Below are positions 29,531 through 38,054 of a DNA stretch of 64,000 nucleotides, in pieces. Position 1 is the first letter of the stretch. Each line of letters opens with the position of its first letter. The notes under the pieces are model-generated. The model was not told the DNA's origin. It searched no databases and saw only the letters and a list, made by a program, of their open reading frames with translations. Made by a program: the position numbers and the translations under genes. This DNA comes from Treponema sp. (GTDB taxonomy: Bacteria; Spirochaetota; Spirochaetia; Treponematales; Treponemataceae): assembly GCA_024695625.1 (NCBI GenBank), contig JAILHV010000187.1, forward strand, positions 399-64,398. Direction: 5' to 3'.

Positions 29531-31060
29531 TTACTGCCTGTTGTAGGAGGACTCGATGTTGAGCTGAGCGCGGTATTTTGCTACGGTGCGTCGGGCAACG
29601 CTTATTCCCCTTGCGGAGAGTTCATCTGATACTTTTTGGTCGCTTAGTTTTTTTGTGTCGTTTTTGTGCTCTTCCAATATCTGCTTTATTTCGAACAGTA
29701 CCTTGTCGCGGCTGGTGTCTGCCACGGCATTGTTGAAGAAATATTTTATCTCGAAGAGTCCCCACTGGCACTGGATGTACTTGCTGTTTGCGATGCGGGA
29801 AACTGTGGTTTCGTGAACGCCCAGAATGTCTGCTACGTCCTTTTGCTTTAGGGCTGCGAGGTGGCCCGGTCCCTTCTTGAAAAATTCATGCTGCTTTTTT
29901 ACGATGATGCAGACTGCGCTTAGGAGTGTGTCCTGGCGGTACTGGATGCTTTCTATAAAATCGCGGGCTTTTTTTATTCCTTCGGTTACGGCCTTGTTTT
30001 TTGAAGATGAAAGCTGTTCGAAACTTTTGTCTATGCTTAGGGCAGGGAGCCTGTCTTTTGCAGTGCGTACCTTCCAGACGGTTGTGGCTTGTCTTTTTTC
30101 ATGTGCATCCGTATGTGCTTCCGGCCTGTCTGCCTTTGGCTTAACAACCACAATTCCCTTGCTAAAGTCTTCCTCTGCAAGTAGGTCAGAGCCGTCTGAG
30201 TCTGCATACTGTTCAACATAAACATCGGGGGCAACGTAATGCGCTTCTTCGATGCCGAATCCCTGTGCGGGGAAGGGGGTGAGGGTGCGGATAAAGTCTA
30301 TTGCCTTTTGCACTGTGTCTTCCGAAACGTCTGAAAGCTCTATCTTTGAAATTTCATCCTCTTCTTTTAGTGCGAACATTTTCTTTTGTTCTGCAAGGTA
30401 AGAGATGATTTTTTTTGTTGCCCGGTCTGCAAGCGGCGGGTTTATAAAGTCCAGGCGGCCGTTTAGGATAAAGAGGGCAAGGTGCTGGTTCTTGTCTTTT
30501 AGTCTTGCCTGTACGTAAAGGCTTTCCTCTGAATTTTTTGTGCAGCAGCCTTCGGGGGAAAATGACTGGATTAGGGAAATGATTTTGTTTAGCATTTCCG
30601 TCTTTTGTTCTGGATGGCCCTTGTCAATAAAAGAGATGGGGGAGAGCATGTGGAAGCCTTTGTCGGAGAGGTTGTAGATTAGCTTTTCGCCAAGGTCCAT
30701 TTCTTCTTTGGAAAGGTCTTCCATGTGGAGCTGGCTTAGCAGGTTGGACTTGAGGCTTTTTCTGAAGTCCTGCTTTGACTCAAGTGCCTGCTGGTATGTC
30801 TTGCTTGCTTCTTGTGCGGCCTGGCTTACATTGCCTGTTATCCTTGTTGAGTCTATTCTGCTTGGGCTTGGCATTTTTTTGCTTAGGCTTGAGCCCCTTT
30901 CTCTTAATTCCAGAGCCGGGTTTTCCTCCGCCTGCCTGTAGATTTCTTCCCTAAGGTCGGATGAACTCATTGCAAGCATGTTCATCACCTGAATCTGCTT
31001 TTGGCTCATCACCTGGAGTTGAGACTGCTTTAATGTCTGCTGAAAGTCTATTGCTGCCAT
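29531..31060 (-). CDS. rpoN: RNA polymerase sigma-54 factor
   Basis: Gln-rich region I, HETTVSRIANSKY and RpoN box ARRTVAKYR. Confidence 0.95.
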   Translation of the reverse strand: MAAIDFQQTLKQSQLQVMSQKQIQVMNMLAMSSSDLREEIYRQAEENPALELRERGSSLSKKMPSPSRIDSTRITGNVSQAAQEASKTYQQALESKQDFRKSLKSNLLSQLHMEDLSKEEMDLGEKLIYNLSDKGFHMLSPISFIDKGHPEQKTEMLNKIISLIQSFSPEGCCTKNSEESLYVQARLKDKNQHLALFILNGRLDFINPPLADRATKKIISYLAEQKKMFALKEEDEISKIELSDVSEDTVQKAIDFIRTLTPFPAQGFGIEEAHYVAPDVYVEQYADSDGSDLLAEEDFSKGIVVVKPKADRPEAHTDAHEKRQATTVWKVRTAKDRLPALSIDKSFEQLSSSKNKAVTEGIKKARDFIESIQYRQDTLLSAVCIIVKKQHEFFKKGPGHLAALKQKDVADILGVHETTVSRIANSKYIQCQWGLFEIKYFFNNAVADTSRDKVLFEIKQILEEHKNDTKKLSDQKVSDELSARGISVARRTVAKYRAQLNIESSYNRQ

Positions 31061-31140
31061 GTCACTTTAACCACCGGAAATCATTTTTGTGCTCCGCTCT
31101 CAGTCAAATCCGTCTTTTTTTCTTTCTCCAACAATTGTAT

Positions 31141-31407
31141 AAGGTAAGTGCAACAAACAGGGAATGCAATGTAGCAAAGCACGTTGCGGAAGCACTGGAA
31201 TGTAGGCGGAAAACGCAGCAAAAAAGCATTTGCGCGGTGCGTACCCGGCAGCGTAGCTTCAAGCCACGAAGTGAGTCAGATACCTTGTATCCGCGCTAGG
31301 GGTTGTAAACAACCCTTGCTTTTTTGATGCGTTTTCTGCCGGGAATGGAAGTGCTTCCGCATTTATATTAATGCCTGCTAAGTTTCATTTAGATTTGCAC
31401 TTACCTT
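31141..31407. mobile_element. Nested palindromic MITE-like element (family 2, long copy)
   Basis: Perfect 13-bp terminal inverted repeat AAGGTAAGTGCAA/TTGCACTTACCTT. The core (31185-31361, TGCGGAAGCAC...GTGCTTCCGCA) is homologous to 49423-49552. Confidence 0.6.
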
Positions 31408-31463
31408 CTACATACAACGAATCTAGTATAGCATAAATTTACAAATGAGGGTATACTCTTTGC

Positions 31464-32795
31464 ATGAATGATTTTGCTGAATACGGTCTGGCAGTGCCTG
31501 AGATTCTTCTGCCAAAGGATAAGGATTTAAAGACTTGGTGCGTTATTGCATGTGATCAGTTTACCCAGGATATTTCTTATTGGGAAAATGCGGAAAAGAC
31601 AACTTGTGGAAAAGCTTCCACTTTGAATCTGATTTTGCCGGAGGTTTATCTTTCCAGCCCAGATAAGGCTGAGCGCATAAAGAAAATTCATTCGGCCATG
31701 GATTCATATTTGAAGGACGGAGTTTTTGATGCGCCAAAAAATGAATGCATCTATATAGAAAGAAAAACTGCTTTTGGCAGGGTAAGGAAAGGCCTTTTGT
31801 GTGCCGTAGACCTTGATTCATACGAGTGGAAGCCTTTTAGCAAGAGTCTTATCCGCGCTACGGAGGCCACCATTGTTGACCGCATTCCTCCACGCAAGGA
31901 GATTAGAAAGGGAGCCCCTCTTGAAAGCCCCCACATAATGCTTTTGGTGAACGACCCGGAAAGGCTTCTTGTTGAGCGTGCTGGGGAAGCTGCAAAGAAA
32001 AACGCCCCTGTCTATTCCGGTGACCTTATGCTTGAAAGCGGTTCTATTACAGGCTGGGCCCTTTCTTCGTGCGATGAGCTTTCTTTGGTCAAGGATTCAC
32101 TTGGCAAATTAAAGCAGACGAATACGGACTCTGACGGAAGTGCCTTTATGTTTGCGGTTGGAGACGGAAACCATTCTCTTGCCACGGCTAAGGCTGTTTG
32201 GGATGAATACAAGGCAGAGCTTAAGGCAATGGGAAAGAGTGATGAGGAAATTGCATCTTGCCCCGTTCGCTATGCCCTTGCGGAAATCGTTAACATTTAT
32301 GATGAAGGGCTTACCTTTGAGCCGATTCACCGCGTGCTTTTGGGTGCGGACAGGGATAAGCTTGAGGCTTTCCTTAAAGACAAGATGAATGCTAGCCTTT
32401 CTATTGCAAAGGATCCGGCGGAGCTGGAGAAAGAAGTTGTATCTTCCGGTGGAAACTTTGGACTTGTATACACTACCGGTGGAAAGACAAATTATGTTCT
32501 TTGCAAGACAGGCGTAAAGGAGCTTCTTGTTAGCAAAATTCAGCCGGTGCTAGACGACTTTATAAAAGAAAGGAATTCTTCTGGAAAGACAATAGAGATT
32601 GACTATATCCACGGAAGCGGAGAAGTGTTCCGCCTGGGTGCAGTGGAAGGGAATATAACAATTCTTTTGCCGCCTGTTGCCAAGGATTCTTTCTTTGCAA
32701 CAATCAACAAGACAGGCCCCTTGCCAAGAAAGAGCTTTAGCATGGGGGAAGCCAGCGAGAAACGCTTTTACCTTGAGTGCAGGAGACTTTTCTAG
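31464..32795 (+). CDS. DUF1015-family protein
   Basis: WCVIACDQFT, LIRATEATI, FAVGDGNHSLATAK and LPRKSFSMGEA motifs. Confidence 0.85.
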   Translation: MNDFAEYGLAVPEILLPKDKDLKTWCVIACDQFTQDISYWENAEKTTCGKASTLNLILPEVYLSSPDKAERIKKIHSAMDSYLKDGVFDAPKNECIYIERKTAFGRVRKGLLCAVDLDSYEWKPFSKSLIRATEATIVDRIPPRKEIRKGAPLESPHIMLLVNDPERLLVERAGEAAKKNAPVYSGDLMLESGSITGWALSSCDELSLVKDSLGKLKQTNTDSDGSAFMFAVGDGNHSLATAKAVWDEYKAELKAMGKSDEEIASCPVRYALAEIVNIYDEGLTFEPIHRVLLGADRDKLEAFLKDKMNASLSIAKDPAELEKEVVSSGGNFGLVYTTGGKTNYVLCKTGVKELLVSKIQPVLDDFIKERNSSGKTIEIDYIHGSGEVFRLGAVEGNITILLPPVAKDSFFATINKTGPLPRKSFSMGEASEKRFYLECRRLF

Positions 32796-32797
32796 AC

Positions 32798-33451
32798 ATG
32801 ATTCAGCTGGTTGCATTTTTGGGGAACTATGGCCGCGAATACGAGAACACAAGGCACAATACCGCCTGGATGTTTGAAGACTCGCTGCCTTTTGCAAATA
32901 AGATAAGCTGGCAGAACAAGTACAAGTCAGACTTCTGCGCAATTGACTATGAAGTGCTTGTTGGCTGGCTTGTGGATAGCGGACTTGCAAAACTTCGTTC
33001 GGACGGAAGCCTTCCAATCCCGGCTTCTGCTCCGGCAAAAATTTATTTTATGAAGCCGCTTACCTACATGAACCTTAGCGGAGAAGCTGTCGTAGAGGCG
33101 GCACATTTTTTTAAGATTCCTCCCGAGGACATTCTGATTGTCCATGACGAGATAGAGCTTGCGCCTGGTTTTGTTAGCCTAAAGTGGTCTGGCGGTCTTG
33201 GCGGGCACAACGGTCTGCGCTCCGTAAAAGGGGTTTTTGGAACCGCAGACTTTTGGCGGCTGCGCTTTGGCGTTGGAAAGTGCAGCAACGGTTCTGTTGC
33301 GGATTATGTTCTTGGCAAATTTGCAGGTGACGAGGCAATTCTTATGAGCCAGGTCTTTGAGATGACGCATCCGCTTTTTGCAAAGATTTTAACCGCAAAG
33401 GATGCCCACAATCTTTTGGGCGAGTGGGGAAAAAAGAAGCTGGTGGAATAG
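32798..33451 (+). CDS. pth: Peptidyl-tRNA hydrolase
   Basis: LGNYGREYENTRHN, KPLTYMNLSG, IVHDE, GGHNGLRS and DYVLGKF motifs. Confidence 0.9.
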   Translation: MIQLVAFLGNYGREYENTRHNTAWMFEDSLPFANKISWQNKYKSDFCAIDYEVLVGWLVDSGLAKLRSDGSLPIPASAPAKIYFMKPLTYMNLSGEAVVEAAHFFKIPPEDILIVHDEIELAPGFVSLKWSGGLGGHNGLRSVKGVFGTADFWRLRFGVGKCSNGSVADYVLGKFAGDEAILMSQVFEMTHPLFAKILTAKDAHNLLGEWGKKKLVE

Positions 33452-33453
33452 GC

Positions 33454-34104
33454 TTACTGAAGTTCTTCCATTTTGCTAAGCTTTGATTTTTTGCTTTTTA
33501 CAGCATAGATTGAAGTTAGAACTGTTGCAACGATTATTGTAGCCGTGATTATTTCCCAGATTCCGTTTGTGGCAAGGGTGCATGCGATTATTGCGATGAA
33601 GCCGCCTACCGGGGAAAGGTTGTCCGTAGAAAAGCCGAACTGTTCCATTGCGCTCTTCATTCCCTGCAGAAGAGGCTCCGCGTAGAAGATGTAGAGGGCT
33701 GCCATTACGATAAGTGTGTGGCAGAGTGTGCCTACGGCTGCTGCGATGGAGCCGGAGATTACTTTTGAAAAGCCGGGCAGCTTGTTTAGCAGCTTGCATA
33801 TTGCCCAGACCGCGACCGGGAAAAGCATTCTGGGAAGGACTGAGCAGAAGGGGTTAACGAAGAAGGGGCTTCCTGTCTGGGCTGCCCTGATTAGGCTTGA
33901 AAGACCGAATATGAGTCCTACGCTTACACCCGGGATAAGGCCTGCCAGTATGACTGCAAGGATTACCGGGATATGCATTATGGTTATGGCAAGGAGGCCT
34001 ATCTGTATGTAGCCGAGGGGGGTAAAGCTTAATACTACGCTGAGTGCCCCGAATACGCCCGTAAGCGCGATTTTATAGTTTATTGAACTGTTTGTTTTTT
34101 CCAT
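33454..34104 (-). CDS. ECF transporter S component (PanT/pantothenate-like)
   Basis: TPLGYI...ITIMHIPVI...GLIFGLSSL...NPFCSVLPR motifs and six TMs. Confidence 0.8.
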   Translation of the reverse strand: MEKTNSSINYKIALTGVFGALSVVLSFTPLGYIQIGLLAITIMHIPVILAVILAGLIPGVSVGLIFGLSSLIRAAQTGSPFFVNPFCSVLPRMLFPVAVWAICKLLNKLPGFSKVISGSIAAAVGTLCHTLIVMAALYIFYAEPLLQGMKSAMEQFGFSTDNLSPVGGFIAIIACTLATNGIWEIITATIIVATVLTSIYAVKSKKSKLSKMEELQ

Positions 34105-34236
34105 AAAAAGCCTCTGTAAAACTCTGGTGATTTTTAATTTATTTAAGCTGTCCCCCGAAAACTGAACTTTTTAGGGACTTCTTTATAATGTGATTTTACT
34201 TAAAAATCAAGGAACTGTAAAGGGCATGCAAAGGGC

Positions 34237-34280
34237 AAAAAAAATGCGGTATATGCAAAAGGCAGGCGCATATACCGCAT
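34237..34280 (-). terminator. Rho-independent terminator of the DUF2259 gene
   Basis: ATGCGGTATATGC/GCATATACCGCAT stem followed by T8 on the minus strand. Confidence 0.75.
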
Positions 34281-34353
34281 AAATCTATCTTTAGACGACA
34301 ACTTAAGTAAAAAGCAGGTTATTAAGTTGCCTCCCACCAAAAGATTTTCAAAT

Positions 34354-35058
34354 TTAAAGGCGGATTGTCTCCACCATGTAGCGGATGGACGTTCCCTTGT
34401 CGTCCTTGAGGGTCTTTTCTACTATAAAGACAAGGCTCTTTCCGGCAGGGTCGGTAAAGATGCGGTCTATTCTGTAGGAAGTGATGTTTTCCCTCCAGTA
34501 GTCCGGGGTTCCTACCTTTCTTGAATAGATGACGTTCCCCTCGGAATCCTTTTTTTCCAGGTTTATGTAGAAACTTGACTGGACGTTTGGCCCGCGGTCC
34601 CATGACTTTTTGCTTACGAGCTTTATGTTGTAGTAGATGTCCTCTCCAGCTTCCTCCGAGCCGTCAAAATCCTTGAAGATGATTTCGTCACCGGGTGCCT
34701 TTGTGTTGCTTTCGCGCACGTAGAGGGGAATCTGCTTCTTGGTGCAGTTGTATTTGTCGATTTTTGCTGAATTGCTTTTTAGAAGCTTTTCGTATGCGTT
34801 CTTTCCAGAACCGGACTTGTTCCTTGTCTTGTAGACTTCATTTTTTACAAATACGTTTCCAGCCACATCCACTGTGTAGATTTCTGCCCAGGCTTCGTAG
34901 GTTTTGTCCAGCTTTCCGTACTGGCCGAATATGTAAACTTTACCGTCTGAAGAAAAACCTATATCGGAAAAAACGGCGGCATCGCCAGCAAAGACGGTTT
35001 TAGTGGTAAGGAGTGATGCGCACAAAAAAAGCGCCAGTGAAGCAACAATTCTTTTCAT
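34354..35058 (-). CDS. DUF2259-family exported protein
   Basis: Signal peptide then AGDAAVFSDIGFSSDGKVYIFGQYG, with C-terminal SIRYMVET. Confidence 0.75.
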   Translation of the reverse strand: MKRIVASLALFLCASLLTTKTVFAGDAAVFSDIGFSSDGKVYIFGQYGKLDKTYEAWAEIYTVDVAGNVFVKNEVYKTRNKSGSGKNAYEKLLKSNSAKIDKYNCTKKQIPLYVRESNTKAPGDEIIFKDFDGSEEAGEDIYYNIKLVSKKSWDRGPNVQSSFYINLEKKDSEGNVIYSRKVGTPDYWRENITSYRIDRIFTDPAGKSLVFIVEKTLKDDKGTSIRYMVETIRL

Positions 35059-35096
35059 AAGTCCTCCCAAATTTATAAAACGAATTCTTTCTTTTT

Positions 35097-35123
35097 TTAT
35101 CGGAATGCCAATTTTTATCTTTA
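35097..35123 (-). promoter_or_regulatory. Sigma-28 (FliA)-type promoter upstream of the DUF2259 gene
   Basis: Minus strand reads TAAA-N15-TCCGATAA; the consensus is TAAA-N15-GCCGATAA. Confidence 0.65.
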
Positions 35124-35224
35124 GGGGTTTTCTTTTGCCTGAAAATATCCTTTTTCTTCATTTGGGCGGCACTTTTGTCTTTTTACCGGCAGTTTTATTA
35201 AAGAAGAACATGTGCCCCGTGTGT

Positions 35225-35308
35225 GGGCTTTCCGCACTTCCGCTTTCGCTCCATTCCCCGCAAGCGGGGAACGCCTTCGGCGGTGCTCCAATCCCTGCCG
35301 CGCCTGCT
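35225..35308 (+). repeat. Family-1 structured palindromic element
   Basis: GGGCTTTCC-GCAC...GGTGC-TCCAATCCCTGCCGCGCCTGCT, homologous to 63364-63448. Confidence 0.7.
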
Positions 35309-35338
35309 CGTGGCCTTGGTGACCGGTGACAGGACGTC

Positions 35339-35417
35339 CGTCATCCCGAACTTGATTCGGGATCTGTGGAAGATGGTATTTAAGTTTTACAGATGCTGAG
35401 TCAAGCTCAGCATGACG
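35339..35417. repeat. CGTC-tagged REP dimer (inverted pair)
   Basis: CGTCAT-CCCGAA-CTTGA-TTCGGG-ATCT and, on the opposite strand, CGTCAT-GCTGAG-CTTGA-CTCAGC-ATCT. Confidence 0.75.
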
Positions 35418-35448
35418 CGGGGGAGCTTTTACAGGCATGGGAATTAAT

Positions 35449-35604
35449 CCTACGCCGCCGTGGAGGGGCGCGGTAGCGTTGCCGGCTGTTTTGGGGTAAC
35501 TCATGGAGTATGGGGCTTGAGCAACTTGGTCGTCTTTGCGGGGGCAAGTGCATTTTTACGGACAGACGGCAATGGAGCCGGAGGGCGGAACCCCGGAAGG
35601 GCGG
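35449..35604 (-). repeat. Family-1 element, expanded copy with a long insertion in one hairpin loop
   Basis: Minus strand reads CCGCCCTTCCGGGGTTCCGC...CTCCATTGCCG[insert]CGGCAACGCTACCGCGCCCCTCCACGGCGGCGTAGG. Confidence 0.6.
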
Positions 35605-35765
35605 TGACGAGGGGCATGGGCGGTCGGATTAGCCAAAAAGTAAAATGGTAGAGCCGTTAGGACTATCGTCCATAAAAGAATTATCAAGAAGAAGTGGATT
35701 TTTTTAAGTTTCTAATTTAAAGTTTTTGCCTTGAAAAATATGGGGCGGTGGGGTATTGTTAGATT

Positions 35766-36584
35766 ATGACTTTAAAAATAAGAAACCGCTTTTTGATAGG
35801 GCTTTTTTGCCTTTTCCTTTTGCACGGGGTTTTTAACGTTCTCTTTTTTGCCTACAAGGCTTTGGGGGGCAGGGTGGGGCTTCCGGAGAATGCAATCCGT
35901 CCCTTTTATTTTTTTTCCGGTGCTTTTCCGGTGGCTTTTCCTGCAGTGGTTGCCGGAGCTGTATTTTTTATGCTTTACGGCTGTCTTTGCACGCTTGCGG
36001 TTTATCTTATGTTTGAGAAGACCCAGGCGGTTGAGATTTCGTATTTTTCGGGTTTTCTGATTGGCTGCTGCTTTGAAGGGGCCAGGCTTTTGATTTCCGT
36101 GAAGGATTTTCAGCCTTCGTCATGGACTGTGATTTTTATGGCCAGGATAGTGCTTTCGGGGAGGATTCTTTGTCCGATAAGCCTTCTTTTTGCCGCCCTT
36201 TTGAGGGAAAATGAGCAGAGGCAGAATTTTGAGCGCAATTTTCTAATAATGATTATAATTTCTGCTTTTGCGGGGCTTACCCTGCCCATGAACAGCCTGA
36301 ACCATTCCACGACCAGCACGATTTTTTGCGGCTGCCGGGGGATTTTGATTATTTACGTGGCGGTGGTCGTGATTCTTACCCTGCTTACGCTTTTTATGCA
36401 CTACATGCAGTCGAAGTCCAACAATTCGGCCCTGATTCTTGCTAGCTTTGCGGTTATGATTGTGGGTTACCTAATTCTTTGCAATGAAGACAATTACATT
36501 GCGCTGACGGTCGGGGTTGCGCTTTTTGCAAGCGGGTCCATGGGTTATCTTAAGGGAATTCATTCAAGCTATCTGTGGAAGTAG
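35766..36584 (+). CDS. Hypothetical multi-pass membrane protein
   Basis: 272 aa with about 8 hydrophobic segments, preceded by TTGAAA-17-TATTGT. Confidence 0.7.
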   Translation: MTLKIRNRFLIGLFCLFLLHGVFNVLFFAYKALGGRVGLPENAIRPFYFFSGAFPVAFPAVVAGAVFFMLYGCLCTLAVYLMFEKTQAVEISYFSGFLIGCCFEGARLLISVKDFQPSSWTVIFMARIVLSGRILCPISLLFAALLRENEQRQNFERNFLIMIIISAFAGLTLPMNSLNHSTTSTIFCGCRGILIIYVAVVVILTLLTLFMHYMQSKSNNSALILASFAVMIVGYLILCNEDNYIALTVGVALFASGSMGYLKGIHSSYLWK

Positions 36585-36599
36585 GATGCAGGCTGGGGC

Positions 36600-36639
36600 T
36601 TTTGCAGGCTTACAGCGCTTGTTTTGCAGGCTTACAGCG
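36600..36639 (+). repeat. 18-bp direct repeat with 22-bp period just upstream of a -35 box
   Basis: TTTTGCAGGCTTACAGCG at 36600 and 36622. Confidence 0.7.
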
Positions 36640-36679
36640 ATTAATTGAATAAAAGGCGTTTTTTTTGTATAATCGGGCG

Positions 36680-38008
36680 ATGTCTGCAAACAGGGAATCT
36701 AACGGCAAAAAAAAGACGGTTCGCTCAAAGAAAAGGCGGTCTTCCGCGCGGAAGAAAAAGCCAAAGGTACTTCTTAACAGCAAGTATGTGTGCATTTTGT
36801 GCGCCAGCATAGTATTCTTTTGTGCCCTTCTTCTGGGGACTGCATTTTTGCTTGGCGGTACGGCTGCGGAGGATAGGCCTGCGGAAAACAGGCCTGCACT
36901 TGCAGGAGGGGATGATGCTTCTCTTGCCCTTGAAGGCGGAAACCTTTCAAGTTTGCCTGTTCAGGATAAAAAGGGCGTGGGGGCTGGCGGCGGTTCAGGT
37001 TCAGCTGGCGGTTCTGCTGGCAATTCTGGTACGGCTGGAGGTGCTGGCACTGATGGCAATGCGGGCACGGCTGCGAATGGCGGCAATGCGGGAAGGGCTG
37101 GCAATTCGGGCTTAGCGGCAAACGGCGGCAATTCGGGCGGCTCTTCCACATCTGCATCTTCCCTTGGCAGCGTATCGTCTGCCGGAAATGGCATGGCAAG
37201 TGATCAAGGGGCGGCTGGTAGCGGTGCGTCAGGTAACGCCGGGGCAGGGCATGAACTTGCTTCGATTCAAAAACCGCATGGACCGGACGGCGGGATTCTG
37301 GAAACAAGGCCAAAATTCAACATTCCACCCGCAAAAAATGCTGCAAAGCTTGCCTTTGTTATAGATGACGGCGGCATGAGTCCTGCAAACGTAAAAAAAT
37401 ATACTGCGCTTCCTTTTCCCATAACGGTGGCGGTTCTTCCGGGGCTTCCCCATACAGCAGAATGTGCGGCACTTGTACGCAGGGACGGAAAGGAGCTTAT
37501 GCTTCACCAGCCAATGCAGGCTAAGAACCTGGGCATAAATCCCGGGCCTGGAGCGATTACGCCGGATATGGACAGCTGGGGGATTCAGCAGATTATAGAA
37601 AAAAACTTGGGCGAACTTGGGCCTGGGGTTAAGGGCTTTAACAACCACGAAGGTTCCCTGATTACGGAAGACAAGGTTAAGATGACATTTATCATAGACC
37701 TTGCCATGCAGAAGGGCTTGTTTTTTTTGGATTCCCGCACTACGAGCCAAACCCAGGCAAGACAGGCTGCCCTTGAACTGGACACACATATAATAGAAAG
37801 AAACGCGCCTTTTTTGGACAATGCCGTTAACCGTGAGGAAATGCTGGCAGAAATCTACAAGGGGCTAGAGGTTGCAAACAGGGATGGATTTGCGGTAATC
37901 ATAGGCCATGTGGACAAGTCTGCTGCGGTTTTGCCAAAGCTTTTGGAGGAATTGTATCCTGAGCTTCTTGCAAAGGGCTATGTTTTTACCACTCCGTCGC
38001 GCTTGTAG
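36680..38008 (+). CDS. Divergent polysaccharide deacetylase (YibQ-like) with TM anchor and Gly/Ala/Asn-rich linker
   Basis: LAFVIDDGG, MLHQPMQ, GFNNHEGS, FFLDSRT, FLDN and IIGH motifs. Confidence 0.88.
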   Translation: MSANRESNGKKKTVRSKKRRSSARKKKPKVLLNSKYVCILCASIVFFCALLLGTAFLLGGTAAEDRPAENRPALAGGDDASLALEGGNLSSLPVQDKKGVGAGGGSGSAGGSAGNSGTAGGAGTDGNAGTAANGGNAGRAGNSGLAANGGNSGGSSTSASSLGSVSSAGNGMASDQGAAGSGASGNAGAGHELASIQKPHGPDGGILETRPKFNIPPAKNAAKLAFVIDDGGMSPANVKKYTALPFPITVAVLPGLPHTAECAALVRRDGKELMLHQPMQAKNLGINPGPGAITPDMDSWGIQQIIEKNLGELGPGVKGFNNHEGSLITEDKVKMTFIIDLAMQKGLFFLDSRTTSQTQARQAALELDTHIIERNAPFLDNAVNREEMLAEIYKGLEVANRDGFAVIIGHVDKSAAVLPKLLEELYPELLAKGYVFTTPSRL

Positions 38009-38054
38009 GCAGAGGGATTTATCTTAACTTGATTTTGCTTTTACGGGGCATGAT

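Noticed and set aside
34105-34320. Riboswitch upstream of the ECF S component
   Set aside because: The only strong hairpin is explained as the terminator of the upstream DUF2259 gene; no recognisable aptamer.
35225-35604. Possible CRISPR array from clustered palindromes
   Set aside because: There are no regularly spaced identical repeats with unique spacers and no cas genes.
35121-35651. Short ORFs (35121-35504, 35460-35651; likewise 53227-53524, 61863-62142, 63333-63629)
   Set aside because: They are translations of GC-rich palindromic repeats and have no RBS or protein-like features.
36980-37260. Gly/Ala/Asn repeats in the polysaccharide deacetylase as a collagen-like or novel domain
   Set aside because: They are imperfect short tandem duplications forming a flexible linker, a common feature with no further support.
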